Source: Tubulanus polymorphus
Lineage: Eukaryota > Animalia > Nemertea
DNA length: 64,000 nucleotides
Direction of reading: 5' to 3'
Assembly (NCBI RefSeq): GCF_964204645.1
Contig: NC_134033.1
Coordinates: 13,710,655-13,774,654 of the forward strand
Every line of letters starts with the position of its first letter. Positions within the stretch are counted from its first letter, which is position 1. A model generated the notes under the pieces. The model ran no database searches and was not told where the DNA came from. It worked only from the letters and a program-made list of their open reading frames with translations. Below are positions 51,241-64,000 of the stretch, piece after piece. A program made the translations under genes and the position numbers.

Positions 51241-52343
51241 ATGTCGAATCCATTCGCGGATCCTCGCCCTAAATGGACGCAGGAAGACCACGTAGTTGCC
51301 AAAACAAAATACTGGGGTCCTTATTGGGTTTTTATCGGTACGTTTCTCTACATCGTGGCATTTCTGTCGAGTCTCGTGCCTCCGATTCTATATTTCCAGA
51401 TGCAACTTTTTACAAAATCGTACGGCCTATTTGCCGGTACCTACATATTGGGAGCCATGCTCTACTTTGCCTACGCGTTGGTAGCCTGGTTCACGTGTCA
51501 ACACCCGGCCGGTTTCTTCCTAGTAAGTTTGTGTCGTGTTACTATATTAGGCATACTTTACTCGATATGGACGTTGGTTGTGTCGCTTGTTGGGCTGATC
51601 CATCATGCCGCCTACACGCAAGATTGCGGAGAAGAAAAGCTCGGCACCAACGCAACCATTATTACCACTACTTTGGCTCCCACTAACGAAACGATCGAAG
51701 CGGTGATAACCCCAGAAGAATGCATGGACTACACGAGGCTAAGATGGACTGCCTTAGCCGGCGTGGCCTCGAGTCTTTTAGAAATAACGGCCGCATCGTC
51801 AGTGCTTTGTGGCTGCGTTCAAGGAGCCCTGACACGTAAGGATCACCATAGGAAAATTTTACGCCAGAACAACGCGACTAGCACAGAAAATGCTACGGAC
51901 AATGCAGCCCCAGCGCCGAGTACAAGCAGCAAAACATGGACCAAACATAGTAACCCACCTCAGAATAAAGATCAGAAACTCCATGATAATTTTTACGACG
52001 GTAGGTTTGTTATCCATTTCGTTGAACTTTACATTGTTCAAAGTTAACATTGAGCTCGCAGCGGATATTTCTTTTGATTCGAATCATGTTTCCAGATGAA
52101 GAAGCTCAGGATGAAGAAGATTCTATATTTGGTATGGGTGACTCCGACCTGGCGAGTCTCCGAGGATATGTGATAGAGAACCCTCCACCGCGTACCGCTG
52201 ATAGTTTTGACTCTCCACCGCCGTACGAAGAGGTGGCACGTATTCTACCGACCGCGCCGCCACCTACCTCACGCGTTCAGCCTTCTGCACCGCCCTCCGA
52301 TCCAGTGATACACTACTCGAAAAAGAAATCTGACAAAAAATAA
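51241..52343 (+). CDS. Uncharacterised four-transmembrane protein (MS4A/CD20-like topology) with PPxY/PTAP/PSAP cytoplasmic tail, ~335 aa
   Basis: Exon 51241-52000 (GAC G|gtaggt) splices in phase 1 to 52096-52343 (tccag|AT GAA). Four hydrophobic segments; the TM3-TM4 loop has two Cys, a Thr-rich stretch and N-glycosylation sequons. Tail: ...DSPPPYEEVARILPTAPPPTSRVQPSAPP. A probable 5'UTR intron runs ~50667-51097. Confidence 0.85.
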
Positions 52344-53347
52344 TCAGTGATATGTAACAGTTTTCCCCCTAACAACGAACTGAAGGCTTTGGAAAGAAAG
52401 ATGAATCAGTATGAAATAAACATACGGATATTCCCACTAATTCCTGTGGTGGTTTCACTGCAAATGTTAGTAATTGGTGCAGTAGTTCTTCAGCTCAAAA
52501 CACAGGGTAAATATTGTCTCGACCATGCATTTCCATGACCACTGCGGTACCAAATTTGTACTGTTTATTATGTATCTTATCAATGACCTTGTCGTGTCAA
52601 TGAGGGGCAAGGTTAATTTACGTACAGTTTAGATTTTTGTAGATAAAATGGCATAGATTAGAATGGTGCTGTTAGGGTGGATAGTAATGATATAATGTGA
52701 TATAAATATTTCTGTCGAATGAAACTTCGCATTTGTATGTTTGGAATCATTTTTGTCATTTCGTCTGTCGCAGCGATTCGAACAACACGAACATCGCGGG
52801 AATGACTGCCTTTCGTTCCGTAGAATCGTGGAAACGGTCGGAGAGGTGCGAGGTTTAGTTGAACGATCGGTTCGCTGCTGACTGATCGGTCATAAGCGGG
52901 CAGTCTCCGCCAATTGCATACACCGCCCCGGACATTCAAAACTCGATCACGACATCCATGTCGCCCAAGCTTTACTTGAAACAAATGATCTAATGTACAA
53001 ACACCAGACATTCAATATTCAAACACATCACACGCGTTGCTGATGATGTACATGCAGTTCCCATAGACAGAACACATAGGAGAACGTGTAGGAGGGATCT
53101 GTAGATTGAAAAATATGCCCTATCCAAAAAGCCCTAACAACAATTGTTAACACAAAATAATTTTCTCAAATATTCAATTTATTTTCTTCACGTATTTAAT
53201 CGCGTAAATGGTTATGTGCCATTTTCATTTACCCTCTGAAAATAATAAAGGAATAGATTATTGTTGTTTGCTTCCTTACTGTGGAATTTAAGTTAATTTT
53301 CATTGGTGTTGAAACAAAAAATTGGAACTCGTTACCCCTCTAAAGGA

Positions 53348-56300
53348 TTAATGGATTTCGTGAGAGCAGATAGAGGCATGTTTTGCCAGTTCACATTCGA
53401 CCAATTCCCAACTCTGGTCTTTCTTCAGGGCGGCGCAATATGCCTCGCCTACCGGTATCGGGTTCGGCACCGTTACTGAGGTCTCAGTCCATTTCTTGTA
53501 AACATCTTCGTTTTCCTATTTAGATGCAATGAATTTAGATGCACAAAAAAGTGATCAACTTACTTAAACATTTATATTAGCCAAAACACAGCATAAAACA
53601 TACAAAGATGGGGGAAAGACATCAACTTTGTGGGGTCACATGCCAAATAGTAATTTCAACCACGGTCTGGACATTGACTTTAGTGTCATGTGTATTTAAG
53701 CTGGGAACTCGGGCTGGTAATGAATACTCACATTCCAAACAAATGGTTTTCCAGTATTAGCGAAGTCGGTGCGGTGTAATCCAATGAAAGCACTTTTACC
53801 CGGCAATAACATATCTGGTATCGAATAGAAAAACAAAAATATATACCCCTTATATATTTGAATTATTATTCACTCTAAGCTTAGTGTATTGATACGACTG
53901 ATGTGTCAGAATCGATGATTGATTAATCAATTTTAAACGTACTGTGAATGAAGTTATTTTGCCTCAGATTCGTGATTTCTACCAGTTTGGCGTTGTTCTT
54001 TTTGCATTCTTCCGATGCATCACTCCACAGTTTCTCCTCCGGAAATACTTTGTACATTTTCATGTCTCCTTTGACGTACCCATACTTCTCCCATCCGTCG
54101 CATGTAGCTATAATCAATATACATGTATAGAAGATGTTAAACCGCTGACTGTTAAAACACTGAGAAATGATCGAGAGTGAAAATATCTGATCATTTCCCC
54201 CAACTTTAATAGAAACCAAAGGGTTGAAGTTTTTATCCTTTTTGTTCACATTGCACGTTGCAGGAGCCAGTGTTCACAGATTAGCTGTTTATATTGCTTT
54301 AAGTAAACGAATATTGCTCTCATTTCCCATTCTTTACTTACCTTGAGGACCTAGGATATTTGCTACAAAGAGAAACAAACATCAGCGAACATTACATGAA
54401 AAGTGCATGCAAAGGAACCGAGATAGTTCTGAATTCAGTTCCACATTCTACATTTGACTAAAAGATCAAAGAGTTTTTCATTGTTAAAATCTCTGAAATA
54501 ATCTATCGTCGTTCTACCTGGTTTTTCGCAGATGAAGGCACGCTGTGTCGTAGCACAGTCGCTAGTTGACCATTCACCAGTAGCGTCCATCTGAACACAT
54601 CCACCGAGTGTACCGGCTAAAGTGTATAATTGAAACGGATGGAATTGTTGATTAGAAGCAGAATCCTTGAAAATTGTTGCGTTATGTGCAGCAACAGCCC
54701 GGAAACTACAAGTTATACTTGGACACTTGTGGAATGTCAATGAGAGACACTTCTCACATGAACTGAAAGAGTTTTAATCAATAGCAAATTCTTGATGAAC
54801 ACTTACTGGTAGTCATTGGGGCGAAAGCGTTTTCCTGAAAAACATAATACGCATTGATGATATTTCTGATCTTATCCGTCGGTTTAACAAATTTAGTTCA
54901 TATCGGTCAATTGACTCGTTAAGGCGATCATCTTTTCTGGATATTTTTGGGAAATCAGTCGGCATGACGATGTTGTAGGAGATTTCATCAGTGGGATGAT
55001 GGAAAATTGACCTTCGGATACTGATATATGTACATAGTTCAGGTGTTCTTTTCTGATCGATGTTATCTTGTGTGGAAATCCTTTTTATTAGATGATTTCA
55101 CTTTGATCTCATCATTTACTTCCTTAGTACTTTTTTATAACTGCCGGTCATTGACTTGCGCTTAAAAATGGACAGCCCACACAGCGGATAGTTTCTCGCA
55201 ACGTCGGCTATATACGCCCGGAACCAATACCGTAGCTCACGTTCACTCAAAACCTTTCAGTGAGGTTCAATAGACCGTAACTCTCATTAAAGATCTAAAA
55301 ATTGTTTTTTATTTCGTATACACGTTTCGAGCTGTTATCAATACTTACATCGTAAGCAAATATGTTGTTGTCGTGATATTGATAACCGAAAATGGCTGAG
55401 TCGATTCCGAATCGATCCAATGCAACTGACGAACAAAAATGAAACAAATAAGAACATGTCAAACACATCCGATTGAAAAGAATGAAATGTGATTAATGTG
55501 TTTCGTTTTAAATTCTAATCGGATAAAAATCCGTGGGAGTTTTAAAGGCGTTGTTATTGTTTCAACAGATCGTCAGACGTGTCGAATTAATGACTTTATC
55601 TATTTTCTTTTTAACATGCATGCCCTTTGCATAAAAAAACAAACAGTATTCGAATGAACAAAACCCTCACAGTTGATTTGACAATTTTTTTTACTGACAG
55701 TTTTCACTTTATGTCATAATGAGAGACAGGCAAATATCAACTGTGGGTTTTGTTCATTAACTCTGAATAAATAATGAGATCAATATCAATGTTACAATCA
55801 TATCAGTATCCGGGACGTTTTATTGATAAGGAAATTAGGTCATATATGACGAGAGTCTATATTTTCAACGGTCATGATTTTGATCCAAAATTCAACTGAA
55901 ATCGTAGTTCCATAAAATAAGAACTAAGATGGACAAAGGCCATTTCATCCTATGATCCTGTAATTATGTAATAATTTATTTTGCAAAATAAAAAATTCAT
56001 TCATTCATTCATTCATTCATTCATGATTTTAGTCCAACATTCAACTGAATCGCAGGTCCATAGAATAAAAACTAACATGGAGTTCAATCTCGACGGAAAA
56101 TTGACGCAAAAGGTTAATTTCATTTTAACCTAGTATGTAAACCGCATTAAGTTGAGGCATGATAACGTTGCATTTTCTCTTTTTCTTTATCGAAATGCGC
56201 CTAAAAAGGCGACCTTTTTACCTTTAGGCCATTTTAACTTACCAGCTAAGCCTCTATTTTGAAGACCATCATTGATATTAGCAAGGTGGCCGCCGGCGAC

Positions 56301-56837
56301 GAGATTCTCGCAGGCCGTTTTGGCTTCGCTGACACTCAACAAGTCCTTATTTACATAGAAACAAGTTCCGCCCTCTACGAACCACGAACCAGCGGTTATT
56401 CCGCATGGTCGGCGAGATCCGAAACCTACAGATAAAACATGAAAAATAAATCAAAGCGTTTATGCATATCTGACACCAATTTCCATCCGATTCCTGCTTG
56501 ACCCAAGATTATTCATTTTATATTATCTCGGGGTCAATCGTCCAATATCTACGGTTCAGAACTGTTTGTTGACTTACATTTTTCGACATTGGTCATTGGA
56601 GGCGGTCGGGGTGGGGGTGGTGGTAGAAAAAACCATCCTGAAATTGAAGAGATTAGATTCATCTAGTGATGGAAGTTCTGAAACTCATCGTGTGGGAGAC
56701 AGGCAAACCGTGCCAAGCGAGGAGGTAGTCATTCTTTGTGATAAAGTTGATAAGATAAGATTGCAGGCTCGATCGAATCGAAACTTACCATTGACAGAAC
56801 CGGCAAAGAAACCGATCAACACTACACACAATAACAT
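53348..56837 (-). CDS. Secreted protein with Pro-rich N-terminus and two C-type lectin domains (paralog A), ~310 aa
   Basis: Exons 56837-56789, 56637-56578, 56425-56243, 55425-55349, 54834-54807, 54616-54518, 54362-54342, 54107-53943, 53814-53732, 53515-53348 (933 nt, phases consistent). Signal peptide MLLCVVLIGFFAGSVNG. CTLD motifs: CFYV..EAKTAC..GHLA.I..N, C......W...DC.....FICEK; WSDASEEC....AKLVEI, FIGL, YCAAL....W....C.....SIC. Confidence 0.92.
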
Positions 56838-58062
56838 CGTTGAAACCTGTGTCGGTGAAAAATTTCAAAATGAAGATTCGCCCAGTGAAAAATATAAACG
56901 CGTAGGCCTACTTTATGTAACTCCTTTAACGTCAACGTGGAGAGGTTTAGAAATGGCAATAATTGATTTGCGTATAGAATAAATCGATGTGAAATTAGTC
57001 CCTGTTCATATATACACGATATGATTTTGACAATGCGACTTACCTGTTGATCTAAGGATGCGATGTCTGAAAATGTCCGAAAAAACGTCTGAAACTAGTA
57101 TTTCACAGACGTTCTCCGAACATTGATATATCTCCATCATACAGCTGTGACCCTGGTCAGGTGACATACCAGTCTCAATTCATCCATCTCCGCCAACAGT
57201 TACAATAAACCCCTACGCCACAAACACCATATTGCCAACAACAAATTTTTCATATTTCTTGATATTGCACATTGTGGATTTAATTGGTTTTAACTCCAAT
57301 CAATCCAAGCTAGTCATCTCCCGTGTTATTCTAGTCGGGCATGTAGCCTTTTCGTACTCTTCCACGATCTTATGTTTTACCTGTTTTTCTGTTGTTGTTG
57401 TGTTTTTAATCTTTTACTTAATCAATCGTCGCAATTAGGTTTTTAGTTTTATATGAAACCTTCCAGTCGTCACTGCACCATCCTCCCTTGGCAGGGATTC
57501 AAACCTGATGGCATCGAGATACGAGCACTGAGGTACAAGCACCAGACATTGGACGTTTTAACAGTACATGCGCTCGTAAGACCTTTTTTATTGCACGGAA
57601 TAGGGATCCCCGAATTCTGCAAAAACCATCAAAATCTAAGAAAATATGTTTTAGTCCTACGAGTTTTCATTACAATTTTTCAACAACAACATTTTCAAGT
57701 TCAAATTTTCAATTTTCTTAGCTCCAAGTTATTAAAAAAGCCTTAGTATGATGTACATGCAGTTCCCATATGACAAAATATATCGGAGAACGTGTAGGAG
57801 GGTGGTTTCCACTGGGTACGAAGATTGATAAATATGCCCGAATCTATACAACCCCCACACATTAATTGTCAACACAGAATAATCTTCTCAAATATTTACT
57901 TTATTATCCTCAAATACAATCGAATAAAGGGTTGTACAATTTTCATCTACCACCTGAAAAGAATTAAGAAATCAATGCTTTCCGTGCAATTCTACTGTGG
58001 GAATTTAGGTATTTTTCATTTTGGAAAGTAATGTTGAAGCAAAAATAGGACTAGTTACCGCT

Positions 58063-61000
58063 CTAAATAGTTGGATTTCTATAGGAGCAGATAGAGGCAT
58101 GTTTTGCCAGTTCACATTCGACCAATTCCCAACTTTGGTCTTTCTTCAGGGCGGCGCAATATGCCTCGCCTGCCGGTATCGGGTTCGGCACCGTTACTGA
58201 GGTCTCAGTCCATTTCTTGTAAACGTCTTTGTTTTCCTGTGAATTTAGATGCGCAGAAATTATGATAAACTTAAACCATTATAGCAGCCAAAACATATCT
58301 TAAAACATAAAAAGACAATAAGTTTGTGGGGTCACATGCCAAATAGTAATTTGCTGGGAACTCGGGCTGGTAATGAATACTCACATTCCAAACAAATGGT
58401 TTTCCAGTATTAGCAAAGTCGGTGCGGTGTAATCCAATGAAAGCACTTTTACCCGGCAATAACATATCTGGTATAGAAAAACTCAAGAATAGATCATTAT
58501 CATAGACCATTCTTCTGTGAAGAAGAGAATAATCCTCTGGGGATTTTAACTAGTGCTCTATGCTCTGTGCTCAATGACAAAAAATAATTTTTAACAGCTT
58601 TTGGGAAACAAATTCTAAAGAAAAGCGCCCGATATATTCATTCTAGCGGATGCAACACTTAAGTTTGAAATTCCCGAGTGTAGAATTTCAAATATTTCCA
58701 TAGGAGGGTTCTTTTTAACAAAAACACGAGACAAATGCTTGTAGTACTATCCCAATCGGGCCCACTGGCAATGCTTTAAGATTACAAATCAAACCCCCTA
58801 GAAAGGTATGTATTATCGATGATGTTGACTCGAAACCTACTGTATTTAAGTACATGTTCGTGTATACGTACTAAATCGATGTGTCAATTGATTAATTTTC
58901 TACGTACTGTGAATGAAGTTATTTTCTTTCAGACTCATTATTTCTACCAGTTTGGCGTCGTTCTTTTTGCATTCTTCCGATGCCTCACTCCACAGTTTCT
59001 CCTCCGGGAATACTTTGTACATTTTCATCGCGAAACCATACTTCTCCCATCCGTCGCATGTAGCTATAACCAATAGAATACGTTATACCGCTGACTGATC
59101 GCGGTTAGAAATCATCGAGAAATTATTGAAGGTGAAAATATCCGATTATTTCCCCCAACTTTAATAGAAACCAAAGGGTTGACGTTTTTATCTTTTTTTT
59201 TTTTGTTTATGTTGCGCGTTGCAGGAGCCATTGATCACAGATTTAGCGGTTTATCTTACACAAAGTGAATGAATTTTGCTCTCATTTTCTATTCGTAACT
59301 CACCTTGAGGATCTTTGAAATACGCTGCAAAGAGGAAAAACATCAGAGAACAAAACACGTAAACATACGAACCAGGATGCAAAGTTCTAAAGTCAGTTTC
59401 GTGACTGAAAGATCGATTTTTCCAGCTACACTGTTTGTCAACATACAATGTACGTAGCCTCGAGTTATTTCTTTGTTTAAAACAACACCCGGGACATTCT
59501 CAAATGAAAATAACACAATAAGATGAAAAACTAAGAGAGAAATTTCGGTTCGACTCAAATCTATACGAGCCATTTTCAAAATCTAATTCATTAATGTAAG
59601 GAAATGTAATAAGCCATTTTCAAAATCTAATTTATCAATGTAATGAATTGAAAATGGCTCATAGATAAACGTCAGATTCTCTACTAGTTTTTTCATCCTA
59701 TCGTGGATTTTTCAATGTATTGATATCATGCATTTCACTTGATCTTTTATCGTTAAAATCTCTGAGAGAATGTCTCGTTGTTTTACCTGGTTTTTCGCAG
59801 ATAAAGGCACGCTTTGCCGTAGCACAGTCGCAAGTTGACCATTCACCAGTAGCGTCCATTTGACCACATCCATCGGTAGTAGTACCGGCTAAAATAGTAA
59901 ACAAAATGGATGGAATTGTCGATTGAAACAACTTCCTTAATAATCGTAGTGGTGTATGTAGGAAGTGCTAGGAGGTATTACTTGACCGTCACGTATATTT
60001 ATAGAATGTGAATGAGAAATGATTCTCAAATGAATTGAATGAGTTCTTATCATTCAGTAGATCAATAGCAAACTCTTGATGAACACTTACTGGTAGTCAT
60101 TGGGGCGAAAGCGTTGCCCTGAAAAACATAATACGCATTGATGATATTTTCAATCTCATAGCGCTCACAACATTTAACTTATGGTTTAACGAATCTAGTT
60201 AACCGCCTCGGTCAATTAACTCTGGCTGGGATATCTGATCAATAAATTCAGACGGTATGGCGATATTATGCAGATGATGTACGGAAGATTGACTGGTTCC
60301 TAGTTTTAAAGGTTAATCTAGTAAACAGCCTTTTGTTGTTTATTTTATTTCATTATTCTTTTTTTTTTAGTTTGGGAATCGAGGTCTCGGGTCTCTACGC
60401 AGTCGTTGCAGCGGTGGGTTCAAATTATCTCGAGTGCCCTTTGCGAACATTTTGTTAACATAGACGATTGGTGCATTTCAATACGGTAGCCCCTACCGGG
60501 TACTTTGTCTTTTTGGACATCGAAGTGCCCTTCTGGGAGGTGACAAATCCGTCTGCTCCTGTGTGTATAGACATTTCTTGAACCGTGTTTTGAATAAACT
60601 TCCATATATTTCTCTTGGATACTGGCATTATATAGTTCAGATGTTACTATATCGTTGTTTATTTTATTTTGTGGCACAACTTTACTCTCATTTCGCTTTG
60701 ATGTTATTTCAGCTCTTAGTCTGGTAGGAGGTTAACAAACTGCAACCATCATTGATAAAAAATCTAAAAATCTTGTTGTCTTTCGTACACACATTTCGAG
60801 CTGTTATCAGTACTTACATCGTAGGCAAATATGTTGTTGTCGAGATATTGGTAACCGAAAATGGCTGAGTCGATTCCGAATTTAGTCAAAGCAGCTGACG
60901 CACGAGAATGAAACAAATAAGAACATGTCAAACACATCCGATTGAAAAGAATGAAATGTAATTAATGTGTTTCGTTCTAAATTCTAATGGGATAAAAATC

Positions 61001-62365
61001 CGTGGGAGTTTTAAAGGCGTTGTTATTGTTTCAACTATCGCCAGGTTTAATTGCTTTAGACGTGTCGAATTCATGGTTTGATTTCTTTATCTCTTTTGTA
61101 AAAGCAAACAGTATTCGAATGAACAAAACCCGCACAGTTGATGATGCGGCAATTTCTTTACTGATTTTTCTAACCAAATTTCATAACTAGAGAGACGAAA
61201 ATATCAACTGTGGGTTTTGTTCATTAACTCTGAATAGATACTGAAATCAATATCAATGTTACAATCATATCAGTATCCGGGACGTTTGATTGATAAGGAA
61301 ATTAGGTCAAATATGACGAGAGTCTACATTTTCAACGGTCATGATTTTAGTCGAAAATTCAACTGAAATCTTAGGTCCATAAAATAAGAACTAAGATGGA
61401 CAAAGGTCATTTCATCCTATGATCCTGTAATTATGTAATAATTTATTTTGCAAAATAAAAAATTCATTTATTCATGATTTTAGTCCAACATTCAACTGAA
61501 ATCGTAGGTCCATAAAATAAGAACTAACATGGACTTAAGATGGTCTCGTATTGGAGCCCTTGTGCACCTTTCCCTATAATAGTCTGTAGACAATCTCGAC
61601 GGAAAATTGACGCAAAAGGTTGATTTCATTTTAACCTGGTATGTAAACCGCATTAAGTCGAGGCATGATAACGTAGCATTTTCTCGTTGAGTTCTTTGAG
61701 ACCTTTTTACCGTTAGGCCATTTTAACTTACCAGCTAAGCCTCTATTTTGAAGACCATCATTGATCTTAGCAAGGTGGCCGCCGGCGACGAGATTCTCGC
61801 AGGCCGTTTTGGCTTCGCTGACACTCAACAAGTCCTTATTTACGTAGAAACAATTTCCGCTCTCTTGGAACCAGGAACCAGCAGTTATTCCGCATGGTCG
61901 GCCATATTTCAAACCTGAAGATAAAACATGAAAAATAAACTAGAACGTTTGTGCAATTCTGACACCAAGATTCGCCAGTTTCCTGTCTGACCCAAGATTA
62001 TTCATTTTCTATTATCTCGGGTCAATCTTCAAATATTTACAGTACGGAATTGTTTTGTCTTACATTTTTCGACATTGGTCATTGGAGGTGGAGGTGGCAT
62101 CGGCATTCGGGGTGGACCACCTGGCCAACCGCCGCCTGAAAACGGGAATCCAAATCCAAATCCTGAAAATAAGATAGATCGATCCGTTTTTACGTATTTT
62201 TACAATATTTGAGTTTGTAATTGGAGACAGGCAAAATGTGCCAAGCGAGGAGGTAGTCATTCTTTGTGATAAAGTTGATAAGATTAGATTGCAGGCTCGC
62301 TCGGATCGAAACTTACCATTGACAGAACCGGTAAAGAAACCGATCAACACTACACACAATAACAT
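58063..62365 (-). CDS. Secreted protein with Gly/Pro-rich N-terminus and two C-type lectin domains (paralog B), ~323 aa
   Basis: Exons 62365-62317, 62162-62064, 61914-61732, 60894-60818, 60118-60091, 59888-59787, 59324-59304, 59063-58908, 58467-58385, 58236-58063 (972 nt). Same exon structure as paralog A, intact frame. Confidence 0.92.
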
Positions 62366-64000
62366 CGTTGAAACCTGTGTCGGTGAAAAATTTCGAAATG
62401 AAGATTCGCTCAAAGTGACAAATATATAGATGAACTTTATGTACTTCCTTAAGTCCAAACAAAATGACACCTTGTTTCTCTTCACACCCAGCGTCGAAAA
62501 AATAACGTTCTAAAACGTAAAAAAAAAACAGAATCGCCCACCCGCGTGATATGTTAAGAAACAAATAAAATTTACATGTGTGATCCGATCCTCAACGGGT
62601 TTGATAATCATTCCGTTTATAATTGGTGTGGCATAATATACGTGGCGTAATAATATATCAAGGATTCACAAACTTAGAGTTTAGTGTTGATTCAATATCT
62701 GCATCATCCCTGTTGCAATCAGAAATACCTCCCGAGAAATCTGACAATCGAGCACTATCTTTGTTGTTTTTTTTTCTAATTTCAAAATCTTTTTCAAATT
62801 TCATATTTAGGTTCATTTCCTTTCAAATTCATAATCTCACCATTCATTTTACTTTGAAGTTGTTTAAAATGGTTTGGCGTATCTCTTGGAAACAAGTGAA
62901 TACCGATGTAAAATAAAAAATGAAAATCCCCCAAAGGCATTTACTCATTATAAAAATGTATCCTCGCGAAAAGTTTTTATTTCTACATTTTTTTAAACCA
63001 AAATGAAAATAAAAACCTCATTTCAAAAATCTGCTCAAAAACTTCGTATCAGAATGGAATGGGTAATGGTGGATTTAGTGTTTGCGTATAGGATCGAATA
63101 AATCGATGTGAAATTATATTTTTTTATTGTGAAACTGCGACTTACCTGTTGATCTAAGGATGCGACGTCTGAATGTCTTAAAAACGTCTGAAACAAGTAT
63201 TTCACAGACGTTCTCCGAACATTGATATATCTCCACCATACAGCTGTGACCCTGGTCAGGTGACATACCAGTCTCAATTCATCCATCTCCGCCAACAGTT
63301 ACAATAAACCCCTACGCCACAGACACCATATTGCCAACAACAATTTTTTTCATATTTCTTTGATATTGCACATTGTGGATTTAATTGTTTTCAACTCCAA
63401 TCAATCCAAGCTAGTCATCTCCCGTGTTATTCTAGTCGGGCATGTAGCCTTTTCGTACTCTTCCACGATCTTATGCTTTACCTGTTTTTCTGTTGTTGTT
63501 GTGTTTTTAATCTTTTACTTAATCAATCGTCGCAATTAGGTTTTTAGTTTTAAATGAAACCTTCCGTTCGCCACTGCACCATCCTCCTTTGGCAGGGATT
63601 CGAACCTGATGGTATCGAGACTGCAACGTGACTCCAGTCTAAAACCCATCTGTTCATCGAAGCTTTGAATTAAAACATCTTGAATTCTCTCTTTTCTCTT
63701 ATCATTTTTCTAGTAAGTTAAGCCAATGAGCATATTTCATGCATATTCGTTTAGGCTCAATTAACTATAAACTATCATATATTAGAATGATAGGTTGACA
63801 CGTTGTTTCTCCGTTGTGCCGAGCCCCGGCTGGCCGAGTATCTACCCCGTACATAACTTTTTTGAAAATCATGATCAAGCTGACAATAACAGAACCGGCA
63901 GCAATAGAAATGAATCGAAATGGATTTAACGCCGTAAGCTAATCGGGAACCTTCGACCTTCTTTGGCAATCGAGGATTCCACTTAAGGCAGGCGAGGATC

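Larger units (their letters stand above)
53040..63620. repeat. Tandem segmental duplication carrying the two lectin genes (units ~53040-57520 and ~57745-63620)
   Basis: Shared 3' flank (tgatgtacatgcagttcccata at ~53044 and ~57749), shared introns, and near-identical 5' flanks (56970-57520 vs 63080-63620). Confidence 0.93.

Noticed and set aside
63775-63969. Cys-rich small ORF at the right edge
   Set aside because: It overlaps a diverged copy of the MITE at 21826-22008.

Overview
AT-rich, CpG-undepleted eukaryotic genomic DNA with GT-AG spliceosomal introns, from an invertebrate. A marine lophotrochozoan-like animal is an inference from gene and repeat content, not an identification. The ORF track is mostly noise; the real genes had to be rebuilt by hand from exons. 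In order: (1) an intronless tetraspanin on the minus strand that runs off the left edge and is absent from the ORF track; (2) a divergent 6-exon phospholipid scramblase with a 13-kb first intron; (3) a decayed TMEM206/PACC1-like (proton-activated chloride channel) pseudogene lying head-to-head with (4) a 10-exon alkaline ceramidase (ACER3-like); (5) a small secreted single-VWA-domain protein; (6) a decayed partial duplicate of the ACER3 3' end and VWA upstream region; (7) a 2-exon class A GPCR with non-canonical CWxP/NPxxY motifs and a polyQ tail; (8) an unknown four-TM protein whose tail carries PPxY, PTAP and PSAP motifs; (9,10) two tandem paralogous secreted double C-type-lectin-domain genes. 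Intergenic and intronic DNA holds several MITE families, microsatellites, a minisatellite, a perfect 79-bp palindrome and several Penelope-type minimal hammerhead-ribozyme motifs, two of them in fold-back insertions with flanking direct repeats. All homology calls are from my own motif recognition; no database search was run.
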